Positions 13,742 through 23,829 of a stretch of 32,000 nt of DNA are shown here, piece by piece. Origin of the DNA: Candidatus Hermodarchaeota archaeon. Its GTDB lineage: Archaea; Asgardarchaeota; Heimdallarchaeia; Hodarchaeales; Hodarchaeaceae. The stretch is from assembly GCA_048886185.1 (NCBI GenBank), contig JBHLKY010000015.1, forward strand, positions 30,001-62,000. The letters run 5' to 3'. Numbering within the stretch: the stretch's first letter is position 1; the number at the start of each line of letters is the position of its first letter. Position numbers and translations under genes: made by a program. The notes beneath the pieces are model-generated. The model ran no database searches and had not been told where the DNA came from. It was given only the letters and a program-made list of their open reading frames with translations.

Positions 13742-15850
13742 TTATCTACTAGGAATATACGCTTCTATGTATTCTTTGAGCATTCTTCGACCAGAGAATG
13801 CGGGAGTAACACTTTTGATTGAACTTCTAACAATTTCTAACCATCCCGTTGGTATATTTTCACTATCCCTATCATAGAATAATGGTCGTATTTCTTCTTC
13901 TAACGTGTAATAGATTGAATTAGCATCGTGACGATTTCTTTCTTCAATATTATTGAATTCTTGCCCTCCAATCGACCAACCATTTTGGCCATTATAACCT
14001 TCAGGCCACCAACCATCTAAAATTGAGAAGTTGATGCATCCATTAATAGCAGCTTTCATCCCAGATGTTCCTGATGCCTCAAGGGGTTTTCTTGGTGTAT
14101 TAAGCCAAATATCACAACCTTGGACTAGATATCTAGCGACTTGCAGATCGTAGTCCTCGATGAATGCAACACGACCTCCGATAGCTGGGTCAACAGCCTT
14201 CTCGAAGATTTTCTGAAGTACATCTTTCCCAGGATCATCAGCAGGGTGTGCTTTTCCAGCAAAAATAATTTGAATTGGCGTATAACGGTCTAATAGACTT
14301 TTTTTCAGTCTCTCGAGATCATGGAAAATTAAAGATGCTCTTTTATAAGTTGCAAACCTCCTGGCGAAACCAATCGTTAATGCATGAGGATCCAGAAGAG
14401 CACCCGCAGCAATTGTTTGGCGAGAATCTTTATTTTCCTCTGTTCTTTTAACTCTTGCTCTTTCACGAAGGAAAACAAACATTCGGTCTCTTGCTTCCTC
14501 TCTAGCAGCCCATAATTCCCTGTTTGGAATATCATCAATCTTTTCATACAAATCAGGATCATCTTGTCTGGAAAACCAATTTTTTCCAAGATATTTTTTG
14601 TATAATGTTTGGAACGGAATACTTAACCACGTTGGAATATGAACTCCATTAGTAACAAATTGAATTGGTGAGCGATCTCTGAATTCAGGTTGGTTAAAAA
14701 GGCTAGTCCACATATTACGACTAACCTCACAATTGAGTCGTGAAACAGCATTTTGATATCGGCTTAATCTTATTCCAAGTACAGTCATATTGAATCTAGC
14801 ACCTTGGCCATGTCCCCAATCAAATGCACCCAAAGCTAAAAATTCATCACGATTAATCCCCAAACTTTCCCAATAATCTTGGAAGTACTTCGATACCAGC
14901 TCAAAAGAAAATTGATCGTGGCCAGCCTCAACTGGAGTATGGGTCGTAAATATTATTTTATTCCGCACATTCTGTACTGCTTCCTTAAAATTCTTACCAT
15001 TTTCTGTCATTTCTCTTCTAATGAGCTCAAGCCCTACAAATGCGGTATGACCTTCGTTGCAATGATATACTTCTGGATCATAACCAAGATGCGAAAGAAT
15101 CCTTATTGCTCCAAATCCAAGTACAATCTCCTGCCGGATTCTCATCTCTTGATCACCTCCATAAAGTCGGGCAGAGAGCCCACGATTCCATGGTTCATTT
15201 TGATCAATATCAGTATCCATTAGGTAAAGCCGTGTTCTTCCTACTTTTAGATTCCATACTCTTAGAAAAATTGATTTAGGGAACTTTAATTCAATAAACA
15301 ATTGTTTTTTTTCGTTTTCATAAATGGGGTTAATTGGTGTCTGTTCAAATTTCAAATATTCGTACTGTGCTTCTTGCCAGCCATTTCTTAGCATGTTTTG
15401 CTTGAAATAGCCTTGTGGATAGACAAACCCTACTCCCACAATGGGTACTCCTAAATCGCTGCTTTCTTTTACATGATCTCCACTTAGAACTCCCAATCCC
15501 CCCGAATAAATTGGTAATGATTGATGTAATCCGTATTCAGTGCTCACGTATGCGATCTTCCCATTAAAGTTCGGATAATTTTGAGAAAACCAAGTTTCTT
15601 GTAAATCTAATTCGTGATCAAAAGAATGCATAACGCCATCATAATATTTAAGAAAAGCAGGGTTTTGAGAAGCATTGACTAACCGTTTTTTCGGCATAAT
15701 TTGAAGCATTCTAACAGGATTGTGACCAGTATATACCCATAAAGGATGATCCAAGCGTTTGAAAAGCTCACGTGCCTCAGGTTTCCAAGCCCAAATTAGA
15801 TTCTCTGCAAGTTCTCTGAGTCTTTCGATTCGTACTGGTATTTCAAACAT
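13742..15850 (-). CDS. glgP: Alpha-glucan (glycogen/maltodextrin) phosphorylase
   Basis: YSGGLGVLSGD, RLYGG, HCNEGH, FTTHTPVEAGHD, TNGVH, GFARRFATYKR, AGKAHPAD, EASGTSGMK (PLP Lys). Confidence 0.96.
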   Translation of the reverse strand: MFEIPVRIERLRELAENLIWAWKPEARELFKRLDHPLWVYTGHNPVRMLQIMPKKRLVNASQNPAFLKYYDGVMHSFDHELDLQETWFSQNYPNFNGKIAYVSTEYGLHQSLPIYSGGLGVLSGDHVKESSDLGVPIVGVGFVYPQGYFKQNMLRNGWQEAQYEYLKFEQTPINPIYENEKKQLFIELKFPKSIFLRVWNLKVGRTRLYLMDTDIDQNEPWNRGLSARLYGGDQEMRIRQEIVLGFGAIRILSHLGYDPEVYHCNEGHTAFVGLELIRREMTENGKNFKEAVQNVRNKIIFTTHTPVEAGHDQFSFELVSKYFQDYWESLGINRDEFLALGAFDWGHGQGARFNMTVLGIRLSRYQNAVSRLNCEVSRNMWTSLFNQPEFRDRSPIQFVTNGVHIPTWLSIPFQTLYKKYLGKNWFSRQDDPDLYEKIDDIPNRELWAAREEARDRMFVFLRERARVKRTEENKDSRQTIAAGALLDPHALTIGFARRFATYKRASLIFHDLERLKKSLLDRYTPIQIIFAGKAHPADDPGKDVLQKIFEKAVDPAIGGRVAFIEDYDLQVARYLVQGCDIWLNTPRKPLEASGTSGMKAAINGCINFSILDGWWPEGYNGQNGWSIGGQEFNNIEERNRHDANSIYYTLEEEIRPLFYDRDSENIPTGWLEIVRSSIKSVTPAFSGRRMLKEYIEAYIPSR

Positions 15851-15974
15851 TTTTTTCTCTCCATAGTCAATGGCATGTTTTATTTTCTCTTTTTGCTAGA
15901 TTTTATGAAAATAAAGACAAGCTTAAAATGAATAGTGATCACAATGATCAAAGCTCAGTTCTTTCTTTTTTTCC

Positions 15975-16457
15975 GTGTACCATGAAATTAATTTATTAAA
16001 TCATCTAAAGTATGTAAATTGTGATAGAGATGATATGATGACAGGTTTAAACTATTCAGAGATAAAAATAGGCCAAAAAGCTGAATTAAAGCGAACTATA
16101 ACTGAAGAAGACATAGTAAAATTCGCAGATGTCAGTGGTGACAGGAACCCACTACATCTAGATGAATCTTATGCCAGCTCAACTTTCTTTAAAGGTCGAG
16201 TTGCTCATGGTATGTTATCTGCAGCCTTTATCTCAGCCGTTCTCGCCAATAAACTCCCTGGTCCAGGTAGTATCTTTTTAAGGCAAGAATTAGATTTTAA
16301 GAGGCCTGTTCGCATAGGAGACACCCTTAACATTACTGTAGAAGTAATTGAAAAGAAAGATGAAAAAGAACACATTATTTTGAAAACAACGTGCGTAAAT
16401 CAGCGAAATGAATTAACTGTGAGTGGTATAGCGACAGTTATGCCAATGAGAATGTGA
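15975..16457 (+). CDS. MaoC-family (R)-specific enoyl-CoA hydratase (PhaJ-like); true start probably ATG 16035/16038
   Basis: FADVSGDRNPLHLD hydratase motif, VAHGML, LPGPGSIF, FKRPVRIGD. Confidence 0.9.
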   Translation: MYHEINLLNHLKYVNCDRDDMMTGLNYSEIKIGQKAELKRTITEEDIVKFADVSGDRNPLHLDESYASSTFFKGRVAHGMLSAAFISAVLANKLPGPGSIFLRQELDFKRPVRIGDTLNITVEVIEKKDEKEHIILKTTCVNQRNELTVSGIATVMPMRM

Positions 16458-16490
16458 ATTAAGCAATTGGAAGCTTTTACTATGCCTTCT

Positions 16491-17000
16491 TTAGGTATTT
16501 TTCTCGCTTTTTACTCCACGGACAATATAAAATCGTGCATCTTGTAATATGGTTTCAATGTCCTTAAATCCAATGTTTTCAAGAGATCTGATTAGTTTAT
16601 ATTTTGGTATTGGATAAGGAACCCAAGGTAATGGTTCTTCACGAGTATAATCAAAAACAATGATATTACCACCTAATTTCAAATGATTAAACGCGTTTTG
16701 TAACGCTCGATTTAGATATGGTCCATAATGTAATGAGAATCCAAAGAGTATACCATCAACTAACTCATTAAAGAGAAGATCTTGGTTAAAATCTTTTTTA
16801 AATACCTCTATATTGGTTTTTGGAGGAAGTTTAGATTGTAATAATTTCGTATTGTAATGATTGTTATCAATTGCGATAACGCGGTCAGCTAACGTCGCTA
16901 ATGGGAATGTATAGGTGCCACTTCCACATCCTGCGTCGATCCAAACTCCTCTGGCTATGCCACTCAGCTTAAGTTGATTAAGAATCTTTTGGAATTTCAC
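16491..17000 (-). CDS. Small class I SAM-dependent methyltransferase
   Basis: WIDAGCGSG motif I, VIAID, FSLHY, LKLGGNIIVFD. Confidence 0.85.
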   Translation of the reverse strand: MKFQKILNQLKLSGIARGVWIDAGCGSGTYTFPLATLADRVIAIDNNHYNTKLLQSKLPPKTNIEVFKKDFNQDLLFNELVDGILFGFSLHYGPYLNRALQNAFNHLKLGGNIIVFDYTREEPLPWVPYPIPKYKLIRSLENIGFKDIETILQDARFYIVRGVKSEKNT

Positions 17001-17034
17001 AGGATAATCACAGATTTATAATGGAATCTTTTTG

Positions 17035-18462
17035 TTAAGATTCCTCAAGTGGGTATTTTCTGAACCACCAAACAGCAAAGAGCATTATCATTGATGCGAC
17101 CAATACAACAATTCTTATTCCCAGACTACCTGTTCCTAAGATTCCAGCGTCTTCTGCTCCGCCAAAATCTGAAGATCCGAAAATTGCTAAAATTAAGCCC
17201 ATAACTAATGCACCAGCACTAGCAGCTCCCCAATCTAATACTCCTTGGACTGCAAAATACATGGATTCACGCCGCTCCTGATCACCATAATGATCATTAT
17301 CAATAACATCAGAGAAAACGGAGTATAGCAAGACAACAATACCTCCTGCAGGAATACCAGTTAGGAGGATGCTGATAACGAGATGATAGAAGAGAAATAA
17401 GTAGTATTCATCAGTCCCAGCTGAAGGTGTCCCAGGTATAAAACCAAGGAAGGCTATAGTGGAAGCAAAAAACACAAATAGAATCATGAAAAGTTGAAAA
17501 CTCTTTTTCTTACCTAATCTTTGTTGAATCTTAGTAATAAATGGAATTATTAGGATTGCAGTAATTACGAAGATTCCAGAGACGATCGACATAAGAATAG
17601 AAGGTTTCAATCCTATCCATGATAATGGTTCTGTGGAGTCAATATCTACCCCAAAGATTCCTTCAACAACCAGTGGTAGTTGCGCAAGTAGCATCTGGGA
17701 TGCAGCCATCCACCCCATAATCGTTACTATGTATGATCGAAATGCAGGATTTCGGAGAACTGTTGTAGCTGATTCTTTAAAACCAATAGTTGTAGGTTTA
17801 ACCCTCTCATCTTCTTTGGAACCACGCACCATAATTAACGCGGTTATTATCATTAAACTACCAATTAATGGGGCTCCTAATTCTTCTCCAAGAATCGGCC
17901 ATGCAATTGCAGCAACAACCATCCCAAGAAACGTGAATAGGGTACGAAATTGCTGATAATGTGTTCTCTCCAAAGATCCTTTAGCAATTTCAGGCAACAT
18001 TGCTAAGTAGGGATTAATAACAGCTGCATTCATAATATTGTAGAAAATGTACCAGAAAGTAAGCCAAGAGATCGAAATGATTAGTGAGTCCCCAAAAGGC
18101 TGTGGAAACATAGATGGAATTCCATACAACATAAAAACACTAAGTCCCCATGGAATGGACCCAAATAATACAAAAACTCTTCTTCTTCCCCATCGCGTCC
18201 GAATTCTATCAGAAAATTGAGCTACTGGTAGGTTAGCAAGACCCTGAATTATCTTTCCAAAAAATACTACACTCCCAATGAAAAACATTCTCTCAACAGC
18301 CCCTGGTCCTGTGTATTCACCTAGTACATCAAAAAAATAGAATGCTACAAGAAAAGTATCAAGAATTCCCGATGAAACAGCACTACCAAATTCAATTGCA
18401 CTCCACCACATTACTTGCCATTTAACAGGTTTATAATCCGTACCAATCTCTTCAACTGTCAT
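17035..18462 (-). CDS. MFS transporter, glycoside-pentoside-hexuronide (MelB/GPH, MFS_2) family
   Basis: About 12 TM segments; SDRIRTRWGRRR loop, PYLAMLPE, ERTHYQQFR, SDVID...RRESMYF. Confidence 0.88.
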   Translation of the reverse strand: MTVEEIGTDYKPVKWQVMWWSAIEFGSAVSSGILDTFLVAFYFFDVLGEYTGPGAVERMFFIGSVVFFGKIIQGLANLPVAQFSDRIRTRWGRRRVFVLFGSIPWGLSVFMLYGIPSMFPQPFGDSLIISISWLTFWYIFYNIMNAAVINPYLAMLPEIAKGSLERTHYQQFRTLFTFLGMVVAAIAWPILGEELGAPLIGSLMIITALIMVRGSKEDERVKPTTIGFKESATTVLRNPAFRSYIVTIMGWMAASQMLLAQLPLVVEGIFGVDIDSTEPLSWIGLKPSILMSIVSGIFVITAILIIPFITKIQQRLGKKKSFQLFMILFVFFASTIAFLGFIPGTPSAGTDEYYLFLFYHLVISILLTGIPAGGIVVLLYSVFSDVIDNDHYGDQERRESMYFAVQGVLDWGAASAGALVMGLILAIFGSSDFGGAEDAGILGTGSLGIRIVVLVASMIMLFAVWWFRKYPLEES

Positions 18463-18623
18463 ACTAATTCCTCTAAATCAGATAATTTAGATTAAATTGA
18501 TCTTTTATGTAAAAATATAAATGTACTCCTCGAATGGTAAGGTTTCTATAGCTTTATTGAGTCAAAAACTTCCTATTTGTGAAACATGGGGTAGATTGAA
18601 GATCACTCTTCGTGAAAAAAGTT

Positions 18624-21600
18624 CTATTTTTTCTTTTTCTTCTCTTTTCTTCTTTTTTCTCGTTCTTCTGGATCCATTAATTTCGTCATATCGTCCAAAA
18701 GCCCATCAAATAAATCCACAAATGCTTCTTGTGTCTTTTCCTCTGAAATTTCAACAGTCGATGTCTCCTGTATAACTGCTGCATGATTTGAAAGTGCAAT
18801 ATACTCTTCTGTCCCAATATGATATTTTGCAGCTGTTTTTAAACAGACGCTTACAATATCACTTAATCCATCCTCATCGTCCAAGTCTTTTAAAATAGTA
18901 GTTGCTTGAGAAATCAAATCCAAGCCTTCATTCACATTCCCTGCCTGAAAACTCAGTTTTGCGGAAGTTACTAGAAATCGTCCTTCTTCTTTCCTTCTAC
19001 CTGACTCTTTAAAGTGCTGAAGAATCTTTGAACGTTCGTTTTGAGCAATTTTTTGTGTTAACGGAGAATTATAAAGTGCTTCATAAATCTCAGCCATTTT
19101 TATACAGTAATAATCGTAACCAGATGGTTCATAATCTTGTAAATGATCTGAAGCTGCTTTTATTAGATTAATACCAGTATCAGTATCCTCTGTTAATAAT
19201 CCACTTCCCACAGCAAAAAACATGTCAGCGAATTCAAACAATGATTCTTCAATCTTTGATTTAGAAGCAATTTTTAATCCTTCTGTCCCCAGTTTAAGAA
19301 CTGCATTAAAATCGCTAATTGATAGATTAAATCTTGTGACATTTAACATAACTTTGAGAACAGATTCAGAATCTCCCACTGTTTTATAAGCGTACGCTGC
19401 TGCTGAATACAGTTCATTCACAGCACGAGGGATCCCTTTCTCAGCATAAAGTGGTATAAAATCCTCTGTGATGGTTTTAGCTATAGTGATTGCAGCATTA
19501 TTATCATTAATTACCTTAGCTTTGTCTATAGCCTGACTCCACATTGTTAAGGCAAGGTCTAATCTGTGTGGAGCGAAGAGTTGAGCGTTGTCTATATACA
19601 AACTAATTGCTTGTGAATGTAATCCTGTTTCATCTAACAGTGAATATAAACCCTCAAGAATTGGCCATGCATCTTCGAATTTCTCATCTGCAATTTTTGG
19701 TTTGATGTTACGATCTAATAAACTAACAACTTGGCCTGTTATCTCATCCCTAACCTCCTTAGGATGTTGTACTCTCTCGAAAGTCTGATCAAGTTGTTTG
19801 AAATAGGCTACTGCATGATCAAAATCCTCTTTGGAAGCGAATCCATCGAAAACTTTCCAGAAGAATGTAATGTATTCTTCAATCTGCCCCATAGTTTCGT
19901 GAAAGGCTAGATTCTGAACTGCCAATTCATATATCTGATTGTGTTGTGAGTCTGAGTATGATTCTGAAATATGATTACTTGTCCATGTAAGAATTTCAGA
20001 GAGTTTTGTGTGATTTGAATCCATGGAATGGAAACCATAAAACGCTTTTACAAGAAAGTTCTTCATTTCATTAAAGAAGTCAAGTCTCTCAGATTCTTCA
20101 GCAAGATTCTGTGTGAACGTAAACAGAAAATTATTGTACATTAACATTTTATCTGCGAATTTAGTGAGAAGTTCTAATTTATGAGCTAATAGAACTTTCT
20201 CAGCAAGAATAGTTGAAGTAAGAGCACGTTCTTGAATGTAGTTAAGGTTTCTTTCAACCAAATCACTAAGTGGTTCATGTTTAACTGAAAATTCTGTTGA
20301 CTTTGTTATTAGTTCTAATGCTTTGTCCATATCACTGTCAATTAAACCAGAACCAATCTTGAAATAAAGATCTGCAGCTTCTTTGAAATCAAACTTCTTT
20401 ATCACTTCAAATGCTTTATCAGCTATGTCAATCCCTAAATTAATTAGTCCTGAATTTAAAGCTTTAAAAGTTGTAGCCTGTAGAAACTTTCCATTAGCCT
20501 GATCAGAAATCGCTGACGTAATTTGATCTCCAAGTTGAATTAATTTGTCTCTTGGTTCTTGAGATTTAGAATCTAAATTAAATAAGGGATCTAATTGTTG
20601 TGTAATATAATCAGTCATTCTCTGGAGTTTTTCAGATGCTTTTACAGATTCAAACGCATCATAAGCTCGTTTTAGAAAATTAATTTCAATGTCTTGCTTT
20701 GCTTGTTGGCCAGCAGCTTTAGCTAGTGAAAAAGCGGAGTCTCCTGCTTCCTCAACCTCTCCAATGAACATTTTGATAGAGATTATACTTCCAAGATGTT
20801 GTGATGCTTGATTGAACTTACCTATTGTAATTAAATTTTTAAAATTTGATTCCAGATAATCAAGAACAACTCGAGTTTGAGATTGATTAGATAGATCCCA
20901 CCAATTTTGAGCACAAAATTCAAAGTAAGGGAGTGATTGTTTTGTTAATTTCTTTTCATACATTGATCGACTATATTGAAAGAGGAAGTTAAGAGTCTTC
21001 TCCAGAATCTCAACATTATTGATTTTTTTTGCTAATTCCATATTTTTTAATAGATAATGAATCCCTTCATTATTTTGAAACTCAATTGGAGCCTTCTTGA
21101 CCATCAATAATCGTGAACTAATAATGCTATTACAGATCTCTGTGCCTTGCTTCTCCAGATAACCTAAAATAGAATTTTGAACTGTAATATCTTCATACTT
21201 TAAAACCGTGTCAAAACTAGAGTCTATAAGAGTGAAAAAGAGATCTCTCTGTTTGAATTCATCGTAAATCATTGCTAATTGCCATAAAAACGGACCAATT
21301 TCTGTGTATTTACCAGCATTTTCAAATCCTGCTTTTGTTGTCTTCACTAAGACGTCTGCAATATTGAATTTTTTATTTCGTGCAACATCTAAAGTTTTTT
21401 TAGCAAAAATATTAGCAATATTCAAAGAAAGAACTTCTGTCGTGTATGGGAGAATATTCTGAGGTTGAGACCGAAAATACTGTAACAAAGTTTCGACATT
21501 TTCAATTCCTTCTATGTGTCTGCCAATATCTATAAGTTTGCTAATTTTGTCAAGTTTGACGTTTAGTATTTTTTCGAGTGATTTAGTATCTAGTCGAATT

Positions 21601-22103
21601 TGTTGAAAAGCTTCGATGGCGCTATCAAACAGATCTAATCCTCTTTGCCACTTTTCTTCCTTCCCTAGAAGATGACTAGTGGATAAAAACTGTTGTCCAT
21701 AAGAAAAAAAGGCATCTCCAGCTTCGTGAGATATTTCATACGCAGCATCAAGATTCCCCACGAGCTGGTACAAAGCAATTGTCCATTCTAACACATCAAG
21801 CATTTCTTCTGGGGAATCCGCTAATCGGTCGCGTTCACGGCCAGAAATCTCTAAAAATGTCGGAATAAGCTCTTTGATTTTTTCTTTTTGATCCTCCTGA
21901 TCTAATAGATCATAGTAAGTTTTTCCCGTTTGGAACATTAGACCAGAATTGCCTGATTTCCTCGCAGTAAAAAATGCTTTATTAAAAAGCCTCAGATCAT
22001 TAGTTAGTTCGGCAGCAGTAAAATAATTACGAGCAGCTTTATCAAAATTCCCTTCATCTTCATTTGCTTTCGCTTTTGATAGCGCTTTTTGAACTTCTGA
22101 CAT
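18624..22103 (-). CDS. 1159-aa all-helical repeat (TPR/SNAP-like alpha-solenoid) protein with a basic C-terminal tail
   Basis: Recurrent helix-pair motifs (KAARNYFTAAE, EAGDAFFSYG, EAGDSAFSLA, EAADLYFKIG, FADMFFAVG); no catalytic motifs; GGGTGA SD at 22109-22114; ends EREKRRKEKKKKK. Confidence 0.7.
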   Translation of the reverse strand: MSEVQKALSKAKANEDEGNFDKAARNYFTAAELTNDLRLFNKAFFTARKSGNSGLMFQTGKTYYDLLDQEDQKEKIKELIPTFLEISGRERDRLADSPEEMLDVLEWTIALYQLVGNLDAAYEISHEAGDAFFSYGQQFLSTSHLLGKEEKWQRGLDLFDSAIEAFQQIRLDTKSLEKILNVKLDKISKLIDIGRHIEGIENVETLLQYFRSQPQNILPYTTEVLSLNIANIFAKKTLDVARNKKFNIADVLVKTTKAGFENAGKYTEIGPFLWQLAMIYDEFKQRDLFFTLIDSSFDTVLKYEDITVQNSILGYLEKQGTEICNSIISSRLLMVKKAPIEFQNNEGIHYLLKNMELAKKINNVEILEKTLNFLFQYSRSMYEKKLTKQSLPYFEFCAQNWWDLSNQSQTRVVLDYLESNFKNLITIGKFNQASQHLGSIISIKMFIGEVEEAGDSAFSLAKAAGQQAKQDIEINFLKRAYDAFESVKASEKLQRMTDYITQQLDPLFNLDSKSQEPRDKLIQLGDQITSAISDQANGKFLQATTFKALNSGLINLGIDIADKAFEVIKKFDFKEAADLYFKIGSGLIDSDMDKALELITKSTEFSVKHEPLSDLVERNLNYIQERALTSTILAEKVLLAHKLELLTKFADKMLMYNNFLFTFTQNLAEESERLDFFNEMKNFLVKAFYGFHSMDSNHTKLSEILTWTSNHISESYSDSQHNQIYELAVQNLAFHETMGQIEEYITFFWKVFDGFASKEDFDHAVAYFKQLDQTFERVQHPKEVRDEITGQVVSLLDRNIKPKIADEKFEDAWPILEGLYSLLDETGLHSQAISLYIDNAQLFAPHRLDLALTMWSQAIDKAKVINDNNAAITIAKTITEDFIPLYAEKGIPRAVNELYSAAAYAYKTVGDSESVLKVMLNVTRFNLSISDFNAVLKLGTEGLKIASKSKIEESLFEFADMFFAVGSGLLTEDTDTGINLIKAASDHLQDYEPSGYDYYCIKMAEIYEALYNSPLTQKIAQNERSKILQHFKESGRRKEEGRFLVTSAKLSFQAGNVNEGLDLISQATTILKDLDDEDGLSDIVSVCLKTAAKYHIGTEEYIALSNHAAVIQETSTVEISEEKTQEAFVDLFDGLLDDMTKLMDPEEREKRRKEKKKKK

Positions 22104-22301
22104 TTATGTCACCCAGAAACGGATTAATTCCCTCTGAAAACAATCATATTTAAATAGTGTCAATTCCTTCATTCTAATAAGAACGAAACAGTTATTTTTT
22201 ATTGTTTGCGAATGTCGCGGAAAGAGTTCAAGAAAACTTTACTGCGTTCAAATATACTGAACAGGTAAATTATTTTAGATTAATAGCTTAGAAGTGTTTT
22301 T

Positions 22302-22601
22302 GTGGTAAATAATAGTCAAAAAATTCGTTTTCAGGTTCCCTCAAGCAGAAATCACTATTGTGAGATGCAAAAGACCAAAGAGGGTTATCGCTTAACTTTC
22401 TTTAATGTTGCAACGAAACTGAAGACTATAGAAATCACAGAATCACAGCTGGATCGGGAATATCTGAGAAAAATGGCTGTAAATAGCGGGATTGAATTTT
22501 ATGCGTTAACTGGGCCCTATGATTGTAGTGATGAAATTCTTAGGAAGTGGCATAAACATTTCAAGAAGAAAGGGTTGTTAAGGCGACTTTTAGGAAAATA
22601 A
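22302..22601 (+). CDS. Hypothetical 99-aa protein with a C-terminal amphipathic helix (MinD-like membrane-targeting sequence)
   Basis: Fills an otherwise empty intergenic space; ends KKKGLLRRLLGK. Confidence 0.65.
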   Translation: MVNNSQKIRFQVPSSRNHYCEMQKTKEGYRLTFFNVATKLKTIEITESQLDREYLRKMAVNSGIEFYALTGPYDCSDEILRKWHKHFKKKGLLRRLLGK

Positions 22602-22614
22602 TCTCCAATAATCA

Positions 22615-23688
22615 TTAGAACGGATCCATAACAACTTTAACAGCTCTTTTTTCATCGATTTCAGTCATTCCCTTTTCCCAATCTGACATATTAACCCGAT
22701 GTGTTATTAACTTCTTTAATTGATTCTGAAATCCTTTAGATTTTAAAATACCTCCCATAACTTGCCATGTTTCAAACATACGCCTCCCAGCAATTCCATA
22801 TATACTAGCACCCTTACTAATCATTAATGAATTTATATCAAATTCGATGGGGCCAGGGAAGAAGCCTAATAAGGAAACACGTCCACCTAATGTTAAGGCT
22901 TCTAAACCTTGACGTAGAGCGTGAACATTACCAGACATTTCCAGGAGAATATCAATACCATTTCCATCAGTAGCTTCCCTAATGATTTTAGGAATGTCTT
23001 TATCTATGCGCGCATTAAGAACCATATCTGCTCCTAAATCTTTAGCCATTTCGAGTCTTAGGATATTTCTTCCTCCACCACTAGCGAATACCTGTGCTGC
23101 TCCAAATGATTTCACAACAGGAATAGCCATTAATCCTATCGGTCCACATCCCGTAATGAACACATTCTTGCCAGCAATCCCCTCATCTTCAGTTAAGCCC
23201 TTGGGAAAAACTGTGTGGATTGCATTTCCTAGAGGATCTTGAAGTGATGCAAGAGCGGGATCAAGATTAGCATCATTTTTTACTAAATTAAGTTCAGGTA
23301 CAACAGCAAACTCTGTAAATATACCATCCTTGTCAACACCAAAAATTTTAGTATAACGACAAATGTGCATTCGATCACTACGACATTGATAACAAGTACC
23401 ACAAGCCTCATGACACTCCAAGGAAACTTTATCCCCTATTTGAAGGTTTTTGACATTAGCTCCAATTTCTATAACCTCTCCTCCCAATTCATGACCTGCA
23501 ATAAATGGGATAGCAGGAGGAAGTCGATTTTGAGCCCATTGGTCGTACTCCCATATATGATGATCTGTACCACAGATAGAAGCAACATCAACTTTAATTT
23601 TGACTTCATTCGCATGATTTATCTCTGGTTCAGGAACTTCTTGAATTTCGAATCCTTTCTCCTCTTTTGTCTTCATTATAGCTTGCAT
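22615..23688 (-). CDS. tdh: L-threonine 3-dehydrogenase-like Zn-dependent medium-chain dehydrogenase
   Basis: ICGTD, GHE, CGTCYQC-x7-C structural Zn site, DPLGNA, GCGPIG, LEMSG, GIAGRRMFETW (Tdh signature). Confidence 0.85.
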   Translation of the reverse strand: MQAIMKTKEEKGFEIQEVPEPEINHANEVKIKVDVASICGTDHHIWEYDQWAQNRLPPAIPFIAGHELGGEVIEIGANVKNLQIGDKVSLECHEACGTCYQCRSDRMHICRYTKIFGVDKDGIFTEFAVVPELNLVKNDANLDPALASLQDPLGNAIHTVFPKGLTEDEGIAGKNVFITGCGPIGLMAIPVVKSFGAAQVFASGGGRNILRLEMAKDLGADMVLNARIDKDIPKIIREATDGNGIDILLEMSGNVHALRQGLEALTLGGRVSLLGFFPGPIEFDINSLMISKGASIYGIAGRRMFETWQVMGGILKSKGFQNQLKKLITHRVNMSDWEKGMTEIDEKRAVKVVMDPF

Positions 23689-23829
23689 ATTTTACACCTA
23701 TTGACTATCATTACAAATCAGGGTATTTCTATTGTGTTATCAGGATAAAATAAAGTGGAAAGTTTGGTGTAAAAGACAAACATTAATCAAATATAAGTCT
23801 TTTATGTCTTTATCGGAAATGCTTCCATT

